From: Erysipelotrichaceae bacterium OH741_COT-311
GTDB taxonomy: Bacteria > Bacillota_I > Bacilli_A > Erysipelotrichales > Erysipelotrichaceae
Assembly (NCBI GenBank): GCA_003858585.1
Contig: RQZE01000003.1
Span: forward strand, 130,002 to 162,001
Reading direction: 5' to 3'
DNA length: 32,000 nt
The position numbers were made by a program, and so were the translations under genes. A model generated the notes under the pieces. It saw nothing but the letters and a program-made list of their open reading frames with translations, made no database searches and had not been told where the DNA came from. This document shows positions 1 to 7,933 of this stretch, piece after piece; position 1 is the first letter of the stretch; every line of letters begins with the position of its first letter.

Positions 1-701
1 ATGTAACAGGTGTGGATGGCAACTTTACAAAAGCAGCTAAATTAGTTGCGTATGATTCAAGTGGTAACATTGTAAATGCGGATATTGTGCCGGAAACGGT
101 AAATGTAAGTGTTTCAGTTACTTCTCCAAGCAAGACAGTACCAATTGTCTTAAAGACAACCGGAGAATTACCGGAGGGTATGTCTATTGATTCTATTACG
201 ATGGATAATCAAACGGTAACGATTTATGCAAGTGATACGGTTTTAAATAAAGTAGAGAAAGTAACGGTTGAATTAGATGCATCAACCTTGAATAAGGATA
301 CAAAGATTGTTCAACCGATTGTACTTCCTACCGGTGTTAATAGTTCAACGATTACAAAAGTAAACTTAGACATTAAGCTTGGACAAACAACATCAAAAGA
401 AATTGAACATGTTGATATCATGTATATTAATAATGTCAATAAATTATCACTTTCGGTATTAAATAATCAGACAACCGTAACGGTGATTGCCTATGGTACC
501 GAAGCGAATTTAGCACAGCTTACAAAAGATGATATCAACGCCTACATTGATTTACAAAATGCCCAAGCAGGTGTTACGGAAGATATTCCAATCTATGTAG
601 ATCAAAATTCAACATCGTTTGTAAAATATGTCTTAAAACAAAATAAACTAAACGTTACGTACAGTGATGGAAGTACAAAAGAGGATAAAAAAGATGAGTA
701 A
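1..701 (+). CDS. cdaR: CdaR/YbbR-domain protein (regulator of diadenylate cyclase CdaA), 5'-truncated at the window edge
   Basis: The reading frame is open from the window edge (codon phase starts at nt 3), so the GTG at 12 is not the real start. The sequence is repetitive and beta-rich, as in YbbR domains (V-T-V / VNVSVSV motifs). It sits directly upstream of glmM and overlaps it, matching the conserved Firmicutes cdaA-cdaR-glmM order. Confidence 0.7.
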   Translation, partial: VTGVDGNFTKAAKLVAYDSSGNIVNADIVPETVNVSVSVTSPSKTVPIVLKTTGELPEGMSIDSITMDNQTVTIYASDTVLNKVEKVTVELDASTLNKDTKIVQPIVLPTGVNSSTITKVNLDIKLGQTTSKEIEHVDIMYINNVNKLSLSVLNNQTTVTVIAYGTEANLAQLTKDDINAYIDLQNAQAGVTEDIPIYVDQNSTSFVKYVLKQNKLNVTYSDGSTKEDKKDE

Positions 702-2028
702 ATACTTTGGAACGGATGGAATACGAGGAAAGGCTAATGTAACGTTAACCGTTGAAACAGCCTTTAAAATCGGTCGTTATTTAGGTTATCATTTTAGTAA
801 AGAAAAAAAAGCCCATATTGTTATTGGTAAGGATACACGTTTATCAAGTAGTATGTTTGAGTGTGCCATTGCCTCAGGAGCAAGTAGTAGTGGTTGTGAT
901 GTTTCTTTGGTTGGATATTGTCCAACACCGACGATTGCCTATTTAACCAAAAATATGCATTTTGATTGTGGGGTTATGATTAGTGCGAGTCATAATCCAT
1001 ACTATGATAATGGAATTAAGATTTTTTCAAGTGAAGGAATTAAAATTGATGCGCATCTTGAAGAATTAATCGAAGCTTATATTGATGATGAAGTAAGTCT
1101 TGAATATGCTTCAGGAAATGCGATTGGTAAAATTGAGACGTATAAGGAAGGCTTACAACACTATTTAGATTGGTTAGCTTCTTTATTTCCAATGGATTTA
1201 TCAAATTTTCATATTGCGATTGACTGTGCCAATGGTTCAAGTACGACTACAGCACTTCAACTTTTAACACGTCTACATGCGAATTGTCATGTCATAAATC
1301 ATGAACCAAATGGCATTAATATCAATGAAGGTTGCGGTTCTACACATCCAGAAGCTTTATGTAAACTTGTAAAAGAAGGTAAGTATGACTTAGGCTTAGC
1401 ATTTGATGGAGATGCGGACCGTCTTATTGCGGTTAATGAAGATGGGCAACTCATTGATGGTGATTACATTTTATACATCTGTGGTAAGTTTTTAAAAGAG
1501 AATGATGCTTTAGAAAACAATACGGTTGTCACAACAGTAATGGCTAATCTTGGTTTCTTTAAGGCGATGGAGCGTTTACAAATTGATACAAAGTCAACAA
1601 AAGTTGGTGACAAGTATGTCTATGACTGTATGGTAAAAGAACACTTCACTTTAGGTGGAGAACAATCCGGACATATTATTTTTTCAAACCATGCGACAAC
1701 GGGGGATGGTTTATTAACAGCTTTAAAACTCATTGAAGTGATGCATAAAACATCAAAGTCTTTAAAGACATTATCCGAAGGCTTAAAGATTTATCCACAA
1801 TTATTGGTAAATGTTCCTGTTAAAGATAAAGAAGTGGTGCTACATGATGAAGATGTAGCGAAAGAAATTAAAGATGTTACATTAAAATTGAAGGATAATG
1901 GTCGTATTTTAGTTCGACCAAGTGGTACAGAACCATTAATTCGTGTTATGGTAGAAGCAGAAACAGAAGAATTATGTCATCATTATGTTTATCAAGTTGT
2001 TGATTTAATCAAACAAAAGAATTTATAA
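694..2028 (+). CDS. glmM: Phosphoglucosamine mutase GlmM
   Basis: N-terminus MSKYFGTDGIRG and the phosphoserine loop SASHNPYYDNGIK; FDGDADR Mg-binding motif; GEQSGH sugar-binding motif. I prefer the ATG at 694, which is preceded by AAGAGGA, over the GTG at 664 used in the ORF track. Confidence 0.95.
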   Translation: MSKYFGTDGIRGKANVTLTVETAFKIGRYLGYHFSKEKKAHIVIGKDTRLSSSMFECAIASGASSSGCDVSLVGYCPTPTIAYLTKNMHFDCGVMISASHNPYYDNGIKIFSSEGIKIDAHLEELIEAYIDDEVSLEYASGNAIGKIETYKEGLQHYLDWLASLFPMDLSNFHIAIDCANGSSTTTALQLLTRLHANCHVINHEPNGININEGCGSTHPEALCKLVKEGKYDLGLAFDGDADRLIAVNEDGQLIDGDYILYICGKFLKENDALENNTVVTTVMANLGFFKAMERLQIDTKSTKVGDKYVYDCMVKEHFTLGGEQSGHIIFSNHATTGDGLLTALKLIEVMHKTSKSLKTLSEGLKIYPQLLVNVPVKDKEVVLHDEDVAKEIKDVTLKLKDNGRILVRPSGTEPLIRVMVEAETEELCHHYVYQVVDLIKQKNL

Positions 2029-2050
2029 AAGATGGCTTGCCATCTTTTTG
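2028..2050 (+). terminator. Rho-independent terminator after glmM
   Basis: Stem aaagatgg / ccatcttt with loop cttg, followed by a T-run. Confidence 0.6.
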
Positions 2051-2080
2051 TTTCAAAGTAAAAGGTAGGAGGTATGTACA

Positions 2081-2740
2081 TTGAAAAAAGTCATTAATAT
2101 TGTAGAGGATGAAAAAGATTTAAATGAATTAGTAAAGAGTTATTTGGAAAAAGAGGGCTATGAAGTAAATTCTTACTTATATTATGAAGATGCTTTGGCG
2201 AGTATTGAAAATCCAAATGTTCATCTATGGATTTTGGATATTATGCTAGATGATAAGAGTGGGTTTGATTTAATTGAGCGTATTCGTCAATATTCAAGTG
2301 ATATACCTGTTATTTTTATGTCGGCTCGTGATAAAGAGTTTGATCGAATTATAGGGCTTGAAAAAGGAAGTGATGATTACATCACAAAGCCTTTTTCACC
2401 TAAAGAATTGGTTCTTCGAGTTAATAATTTAATAAAACGTAGTTATAAAAGTATTGATAATAATCTTGAAGTTTATGGTTATGTGATTGATGAAGCTCAA
2501 CGTAAAGTATTGCATAATAATGAACCTGTAGATTTAACAACCAAAGAATTCGATTTATTGATGTTGTTTGTTAAAAATAAAGGAACGGCATTTTTAAGAG
2601 ATAAGATTTTAGAAGAAGTGTGGGATAAAAATTATTTTGGATCCGATCGTGTTGTTGATGATACCTTAAGAAGATTAAGAAAGAAAATGCCAAACTTAGT
2701 TATACATACAATTTATGGCTTTGGCTATCGTCTAGGCTAA
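2081..2740 (+). CDS. OmpR/PhoB-family response regulator (REC + winged-helix)
   Basis: REC signature (VEDE..., LDIMLDD phospho-Asp region, SARD, KP). C-terminal trans_reg_C motifs (LTTKEFDLLMLF, GYGYRL-like GFGYRL). TTG start; the stop overlaps the next start (TAATG). Confidence 0.9.
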   Translation: MKKVINIVEDEKDLNELVKSYLEKEGYEVNSYLYYEDALASIENPNVHLWILDIMLDDKSGFDLIERIRQYSSDIPVIFMSARDKEFDRIIGLEKGSDDYITKPFSPKELVLRVNNLIKRSYKSIDNNLEVYGYVIDEAQRKVLHNNEPVDLTTKEFDLLMLFVKNKGTAFLRDKILEEVWDKNYFGSDRVVDDTLRRLRKKMPNLVIHTIYGFGYRLG

Positions 2741-4089
2741 TGAAACGTTTTCGTATTTGGTTAAAAGAATTATCACTAGCTCAACAATTATTTGCAATTG
2801 TCTTTTTTGTTGTGACTATTTTTACGGTTTTTTTATTTGTGTTCTTAGCAAATAATGTGGATGTATTTGTAAATAATCAAATGTATAGTGTGATACAGCG
2901 ATCACAAGATAATTTGTTAAAGTATTATGTGAAACCGGAGAATGTAAGAGATATTAATAAAATTGATGATGTTGGAGTATATCACATTCTATATGAAAAA
3001 AACAGTCGTATTTTTAAGGTGAATGATACATCTATTTTAAATGATGAATTGATTGTACAAATTGAAGAAGTTATTAATAACATGAATACGACTCGATATC
3101 AAGGTTCTTTGTATATAGATAAAGAAAAAACATTATTTATTTTTCGTGAGTTTGATATAGATAAATATTTAGTATCCGGATTAAATAATAATTTTCGTAA
3201 AGAATTTCGTTTAGCCCTTTTAAGCAGTATTATTAATTTAAATGTTTGGGTCATTATTATTTTATTTTCTAGTATCATGGTATGGTTGTTATTTTTAATT
3301 CATCCGCTAAATTTAATACGTGCATATATTGAAAAAATTAAAGATGGACAAGAAGCAACTCTTAAAATTGATCGAAATGATGAAATTGGAGAGGTTGCTA
3401 AGGCATTGGTAATTATGCAGGATGAATTAAAAAGACAAGAAATTGTCAAAGAAGAAATGATACATAATATTTCACATGATTTAAAAACACCTATTGCAAC
3501 AATTAAATCTTATGGAGAAAGCATTAAAGACGGTATCTATCCTTATGGTAATTTAGAAACAAGCGTAGATGTTATTATTGAGCATGCCAATCGACTGGAA
3601 AAGAAAGTTTATAGTTTGTTGATGTTAAATCGCATGGAGTACTTAATGGAAAATACAGCTCAACAAACAACGGTCAACATGAAAGAGGTAACTGAAAAAG
3701 TGGTGATGGCAATCAAAATGATTAAACCTTCGATTAACATTACCATGGATCTAAAAGATGTTTATTTTTATGGGGATGAGGAACCTTGGCGTATAGTTGT
3801 TGAAAATTTATTAGATAATGCTTTACGATATTCAAAAAGTATCATTCATATTACTTTAAATGAAGAAGGATTAGCAATCTATAATGATGGAAGTACTTTA
3901 AGTCAAGACCTCCAAAAATCAATCTTCAAACCATATGAAAAAGGTGTAGGTGGACAATTTGGTTTAGGATTATCTATTGTTAGAAAAGTATGTATGAATT
4001 ACCACTATCAAGTTATTGGCGAAAATGTCAATAATGGTGTGGTGTTTAGAATCTATGAAACTAATGCTACAGGAAGAAAAAAAATTTAA
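2740..4089 (+). CDS. Sensor histidine kinase (two TM segments, HAMP, HisKA, HATPase_c)
   Basis: H-box HNISHDLKTPIATIKSY; N-box LLDNALRYS; NDG and GLGLSIV G-boxes; two hydrophobic segments flank a roughly 130-aa extracytoplasmic region. Coupled to the upstream regulator. Confidence 0.9.
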   Translation: MKRFRIWLKELSLAQQLFAIVFFVVTIFTVFLFVFLANNVDVFVNNQMYSVIQRSQDNLLKYYVKPENVRDINKIDDVGVYHILYEKNSRIFKVNDTSILNDELIVQIEEVINNMNTTRYQGSLYIDKEKTLFIFREFDIDKYLVSGLNNNFRKEFRLALLSSIINLNVWVIIILFSSIMVWLLFLIHPLNLIRAYIEKIKDGQEATLKIDRNDEIGEVAKALVIMQDELKRQEIVKEEMIHNISHDLKTPIATIKSYGESIKDGIYPYGNLETSVDVIIEHANRLEKKVYSLLMLNRMEYLMENTAQQTTVNMKEVTEKVVMAIKMIKPSINITMDLKDVYFYGDEEPWRIVVENLLDNALRYSKSIIHITLNEEGLAIYNDGSTLSQDLQKSIFKPYEKGVGGQFGLGLSIVRKVCMNYHYQVIGENVNNGVVFRIYETNATGRKKI

Positions 4090-4101
4090 TAATCTTATAA
4101 G

Positions 4102-4130
4102 AAAAGACATATGCTATGTTTTTTCTTTTT
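4102..4130 (+). terminator. Candidate rho-independent terminator after the kinase
   Basis: Stem aaaagacata / tatgtttttt (one G-U pair), 3-nt loop, T-rich tail. Confidence 0.45.
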
Positions 4131-4224
4131 ATTTTTATGAAATAAACTAGACAAAAACAAATAGGATTGATATATTAAAGAAAATAAACAAACATAAATA
4201 TCGACCTTTATAAGGGGGATCATC

Positions 4225-5901
4225 ATGTATATTAGTAAAAAAACCATAAAAACGAATATCATCATCCTAGGGTGTATTCTTTTTTGTGGGTGTTTACATC
4301 TGATTGGTTATTATGTTGATCAAATTCCCTTTTCTGAAAACAATGTTATTTTTATGGTATATAGCTTTGGTATGTTACTTTGGATTATGCAAATTCAAAG
4401 AAGAATCATCCACCAAAAAGCGAAGTTATATCTATTATTAACAGCGATTTTTATGATACTTTGGATGTTGCTTAGAACGATAAAATACATCTATGTACCA
4501 AGTGATCACATCGTGCATCGTTATATTTGGTATGCTTATCATCCACTTATGATGAGTATGATTCTTTTTGATTTATTTGCAGTCTTACACACCGGAAAAC
4601 AAGAACAGCAAGCCATTGATGCAAAATGGTATGGTTTATATGTACCGACAATAGGATTCATCTTAATGTTTTTTAGCAATGATTTTCATCAATTAGCTTT
4701 TCGTTTTCATGATCCAATCGGTTGGACATCAACTAAAATGAGCTATGGGATCATCTACTATCTTGCACAAGGCTATATTTTATCTTTGTTCTTACTGACT
4801 ATGTTCATTGTCTTTCTGCGCTGTCTTGTAAAAGGAAGACGTAAATTTATATGGATTCCTATGATACCCATTAGTGTCGGTATTTTATATGCCGTAAGTT
4901 ATGTTACGAAAAGTAATGTATTAAAATACTTATTAATTGCCTATAAACCGGCAGAAATGTCTTGTATTGTAATTGGTTTATTTACAGAAGCCTTAATTTT
5001 AACACGTCTATTACCATCGAATGATAACTATGAACAGTTTTGGAAATTATCTTCAATGAAAGCTGGGATTTTAGATCAGGATGGTAATCTCTATATTCAA
5101 TCACCGGGAGTATCAAATATTGATAAAAAATACATTTATAAGGCACAAATTGAAATGGTTTATTTAACCAAGGATATTGTGTTAAAGAGTAAACGTATGT
5201 TTCAAGGTTATTTGTTTTGGCAAAAAAATGTTGCGCAGTTTCATTTCTTAAATCATAAATTAAAACAATTAAAAGATAGTATTTTAGAAGAAAATGAAGT
5301 AATTGCAGCAGAAAATCAAATGAAAGAACAACACGCTCATATTAAAAATCAAAGAGAACTCTATGATTCCATTTGCAATAAAGTAAAACCTCAAGTGCAT
5401 AAGATTTCCATGTTATTAAACAGTATTCCAAAAGAGGAAGAAGCATTTTGTAATAGTATGAAACTAGCTTGTATACATAATGTATACATCAAACGATATA
5501 CGAATTTAATGTTGTTGTATGAAAAAGATAAGTATCATTATTTTGAAGAATTGAAACTTGCTTTTATTGAATCATTAGATTACTTAACGATGGTAAACAT
5601 AGAAACGTATTTACAATGGGATGTAAACAAGCAACAGAAAACAACCTATGGCTTATGTTTGTATGAACTCTTTCAACAAATGGTTGAAGAAGCCCTTGAT
5701 ACACTTACTGCTATCTTACTGCATGTAAAAGCAGAAGACGATTACATTCTTTTTGAACTTCAGATTGCCAATCCCAGGGCATATTTTTCTCAAGAAGACT
5801 TACAAAAACGCTTAGGAGACTTTGTTACAGTAAAAACCAGTTACCAAGAAGATATTTATTACTTAACTATGGAATTACCAATGCAAGGAGGTAATGTATG
5901 A
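4225..5901 (+). CDS. Polytopic membrane protein (about 7-8 TM) with a cytoplasmic degenerate histidine-kinase-like tail; putative accessory sensor or pseudokinase
   Basis: Seven to eight hydrophobic segments in the first ~260 aa. These are followed by a PAS-sized region, a coiled coil and a DHp-like stretch, RELYDSICNKV. That stretch aligns by eye to the H-box of the next gene, with Tyr in place of His. No recognisable N-box Asn or G-boxes in the C-terminal domain. The stop overlaps the next start (ATGA). Confidence 0.5.
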   Translation: MYISKKTIKTNIIILGCILFCGCLHLIGYYVDQIPFSENNVIFMVYSFGMLLWIMQIQRRIIHQKAKLYLLLTAIFMILWMLLRTIKYIYVPSDHIVHRYIWYAYHPLMMSMILFDLFAVLHTGKQEQQAIDAKWYGLYVPTIGFILMFFSNDFHQLAFRFHDPIGWTSTKMSYGIIYYLAQGYILSLFLLTMFIVFLRCLVKGRRKFIWIPMIPISVGILYAVSYVTKSNVLKYLLIAYKPAEMSCIVIGLFTEALILTRLLPSNDNYEQFWKLSSMKAGILDQDGNLYIQSPGVSNIDKKYIYKAQIEMVYLTKDIVLKSKRMFQGYLFWQKNVAQFHFLNHKLKQLKDSILEENEVIAAENQMKEQHAHIKNQRELYDSICNKVKPQVHKISMLLNSIPKEEEAFCNSMKLACIHNVYIKRYTNLMLLYEKDKYHYFEELKLAFIESLDYLTMVNIETYLQWDVNKQQKTTYGLCLYELFQQMVEEALDTLTAILLHVKAEDDYILFELQIANPRAYFSQEDLQKRLGDFVTVKTSYQEDIYYLTMELPMQGGNV

Positions 5902-7154
5902 GTAACATCTCCTTGACACATATCTTTATCCTTAGTAGTACTATGTTAGTATTAATGATTTCATCCATTTATCTAACATTATTAACCAAACGACTAGAAA
6001 AAGAACGCTGGTTATTTTATAGTTCTATTATACTTTTAGTTGTGATGATGGTACTGTCACAATCCTTTGCAGATTATGATTATTATCGCTTAGTACATAA
6101 AGAAAGATTCTTTTCTTCCTTCATCACGTTTATGTCCTTAGAAGACATTTATGTAATTCTTGTAGTATTACTACTTGCACAAGTGTATATTGCTAATATG
6201 TATCGATTAAAGAAGAAAGTTTATATGCCGGATCAAGTAATTTATGAAGGTTTTAATCATTTTCCGGAAGGAATATGCTTTGCAGATAAGAGTGGTATGC
6301 CAATGTTAGTGAATCATCAAATGCAAAACATCATTTATAATCTATTTTGCGTACCAATGGTCAATATGAACGAGTTAAAACAACGTTTTAAACAAGGACA
6401 AATAGTAGAAGGGTGCAGTGTCATGGATATGGGGGAATACTACATTGTACATGTTTTCGAAGAAGTCTATAGTATTCGTTATCTCACTTTAAATAATATT
6501 ACTGAAGTAACAGCGACTAAAATTACGCAAGAATATCATTTACTTCAAGAGTTAGAAATAACAAATCAAAAGTTAATCGAAACCAATCAGCGTTTAAAAG
6601 ACTTTAATCAAAAAGTAGAACAATATGTAAGAGAAAAAGAAATCTTAGAAGCTAAAATTAAAGTGCATGATGATATAGGAAGATCCTTGTTGGCATTTCG
6701 CAGTTACTTAAATAAGACAACGAAAGATCGTAATGAATTACTTAAATTATGGAATCAAAGTATTCATTTAATGAAAGACGAAAGACAGGAACAAGAAAAT
6801 CTTGATAATTATCAACATGTTATAAAGATGGCAAAGCGATTGGGAGTGCATTTAGAAGTCAATGGGAAACAACCAAGTCATAAAAATGCAAGACGTATTT
6901 TAAGTCTATTACTATTAGAATCCCTTACAAATACCGTAAGACATGCGCATGGAGATTGTATTTATGCTGATATTGTGGAACAAGCAGGTTCCTATTGCAT
7001 TAAGGTATCTAATAATGGCATTCAACCAACCAAACCAATTCAAGAAAAAGGTGGCTTATTAAACCTTAGAAAAATGATTGAGCTACATCACGGAAGCATG
7101 GAAATAAAACAAAAGCCTAATTTTACTATCCATGTTCATCTTATGAAGGAGTAA
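5898..7154 (+). CDS. Sensor histidine kinase, HisKA_3 (NarX/DegS/LiaS-like) class, 3 TM + PAS-like domain
   Basis: Three N-terminal hydrophobic segments; PAS-like FPEGICFADKSGMPMLVNHQ; coiled coil. H-box KVHDDIGRSLL (His257, nt 6666-6668). N-box ESLTNTVRHA; SNNG; GGLLNLRKMIE. Confidence 0.8.
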   Translation: MSNISLTHIFILSSTMLVLMISSIYLTLLTKRLEKERWLFYSSIILLVVMMVLSQSFADYDYYRLVHKERFFSSFITFMSLEDIYVILVVLLLAQVYIANMYRLKKKVYMPDQVIYEGFNHFPEGICFADKSGMPMLVNHQMQNIIYNLFCVPMVNMNELKQRFKQGQIVEGCSVMDMGEYYIVHVFEEVYSIRYLTLNNITEVTATKITQEYHLLQELEITNQKLIETNQRLKDFNQKVEQYVREKEILEAKIKVHDDIGRSLLAFRSYLNKTTKDRNELLKLWNQSIHLMKDERQEQENLDNYQHVIKMAKRLGVHLEVNGKQPSHKNARRILSLLLLESLTNTVRHAHGDCIYADIVEQAGSYCIKVSNNGIQPTKPIQEKGGLLNLRKMIELHHGSMEIKQKPNFTIHVHLMKE

Positions 7155-7157
7155 ACA

Positions 7158-7787
7158 ATGAAAAAAACAAGAGTCATGATTGTTGATGATCAATATGTAC
7201 CTAGAGAACTGTTTCGTATGTATGTGGAATACAGTGAACGTTATGAATTAGCGGTAGTTATCAGTTCAGCGGCATTTGCTTTAGCTTATTTATTGGATGA
7301 AAATGTGGATTTAATTATTATGGATATTTTAATGAACGATGGATCAAATGGATTGGATGTTGCTTATCGCATTAAACAAACCTATCCTAAAATCAAGATT
7401 ATTGCCGTAACCAGTATGTTTGAAGAAAGTTGGGTTAAAAAGGCTAAAAAAATAGGGATTGACAGCTTTTGGTACAAAGAAGCCGAAAAGGAAACAATTT
7501 TATCAATTATGGATCAAACGATGGAGGGGAAGCACGTTTATCCTACTTATAAACCGAAAATTAAATTAGGGTATATTGATTCGGGTAAACTTACGGAGCG
7601 TGAAATGGAAGTTTTAAGAGCTATGACTGCAGGGGCAACCAATACACAAATCGCTTTAAAACTGAACATGAAAGAAAACACGGTAAAAACCCATATTAAG
7701 CACATGATGGAAAAAACAGGGTGTGAAAACCGTACACAACTTGCCATACGTGCCAGGGTGGCAGGCATTGTTGTTGATAAAGAATAA
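7158..7787 (+). CDS. NarL/LuxR-family response regulator (REC + HTH_LuxR)
   Basis: REC motifs (IVDDQ, IIMDILM, AVTS, K in FWYKE). C-terminal LTEREMEVLRAM...TNTQIALKLNMKENTVKTHIKHMMEKTG is a typical GerE/LuxR HTH. Confidence 0.9.
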   Translation: MKKTRVMIVDDQYVPRELFRMYVEYSERYELAVVISSAAFALAYLLDENVDLIIMDILMNDGSNGLDVAYRIKQTYPKIKIIAVTSMFEESWVKKAKKIGIDSFWYKEAEKETILSIMDQTMEGKHVYPTYKPKIKLGYIDSGKLTEREMEVLRAMTAGATNTQIALKLNMKENTVKTHIKHMMEKTGCENRTQLAIRARVAGIVVDKE

Positions 7788-7814
7788 ATTCACAGGAAAA
7801 CCTGTGAATTTTTT
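7787..7814 (+). terminator. Rho-independent terminator after the regulator
   Basis: Perfect stem aattcacagg / cctgtgaatt, loop aaaa, then a T-run. The stem overlaps the TAA stop. Confidence 0.75.
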
Positions 7815-7933
7815 CTTGGAAACTATACCAATCTACTACTTTTGGGTGATGTGAAAAAATTAGAAAAGGATACAATAAAGGTATAAGATACTATCTTAAT
7901 GAAATAAAAACAAGCAGAAAAGGAGGACTGGAA

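Noticed and set aside
1040-1240. Short antisense or overlapping ORFs in the six-frame track. They are 1040-1240, 7547-7768, 7891-8097, 8021-8296, 15067-15261, 15779-16009, 16933-17124, 19329-19583, 21706-21966, 23260-23451, 24303-24488, 24718-24924, 26065-26367, 27508-27693 and 30471-30701.
   Set aside because: Each lies entirely within, or antisense to, a longer ORF with clear family motifs. None has a convincing RBS, and the translations are low-complexity or motif-free.
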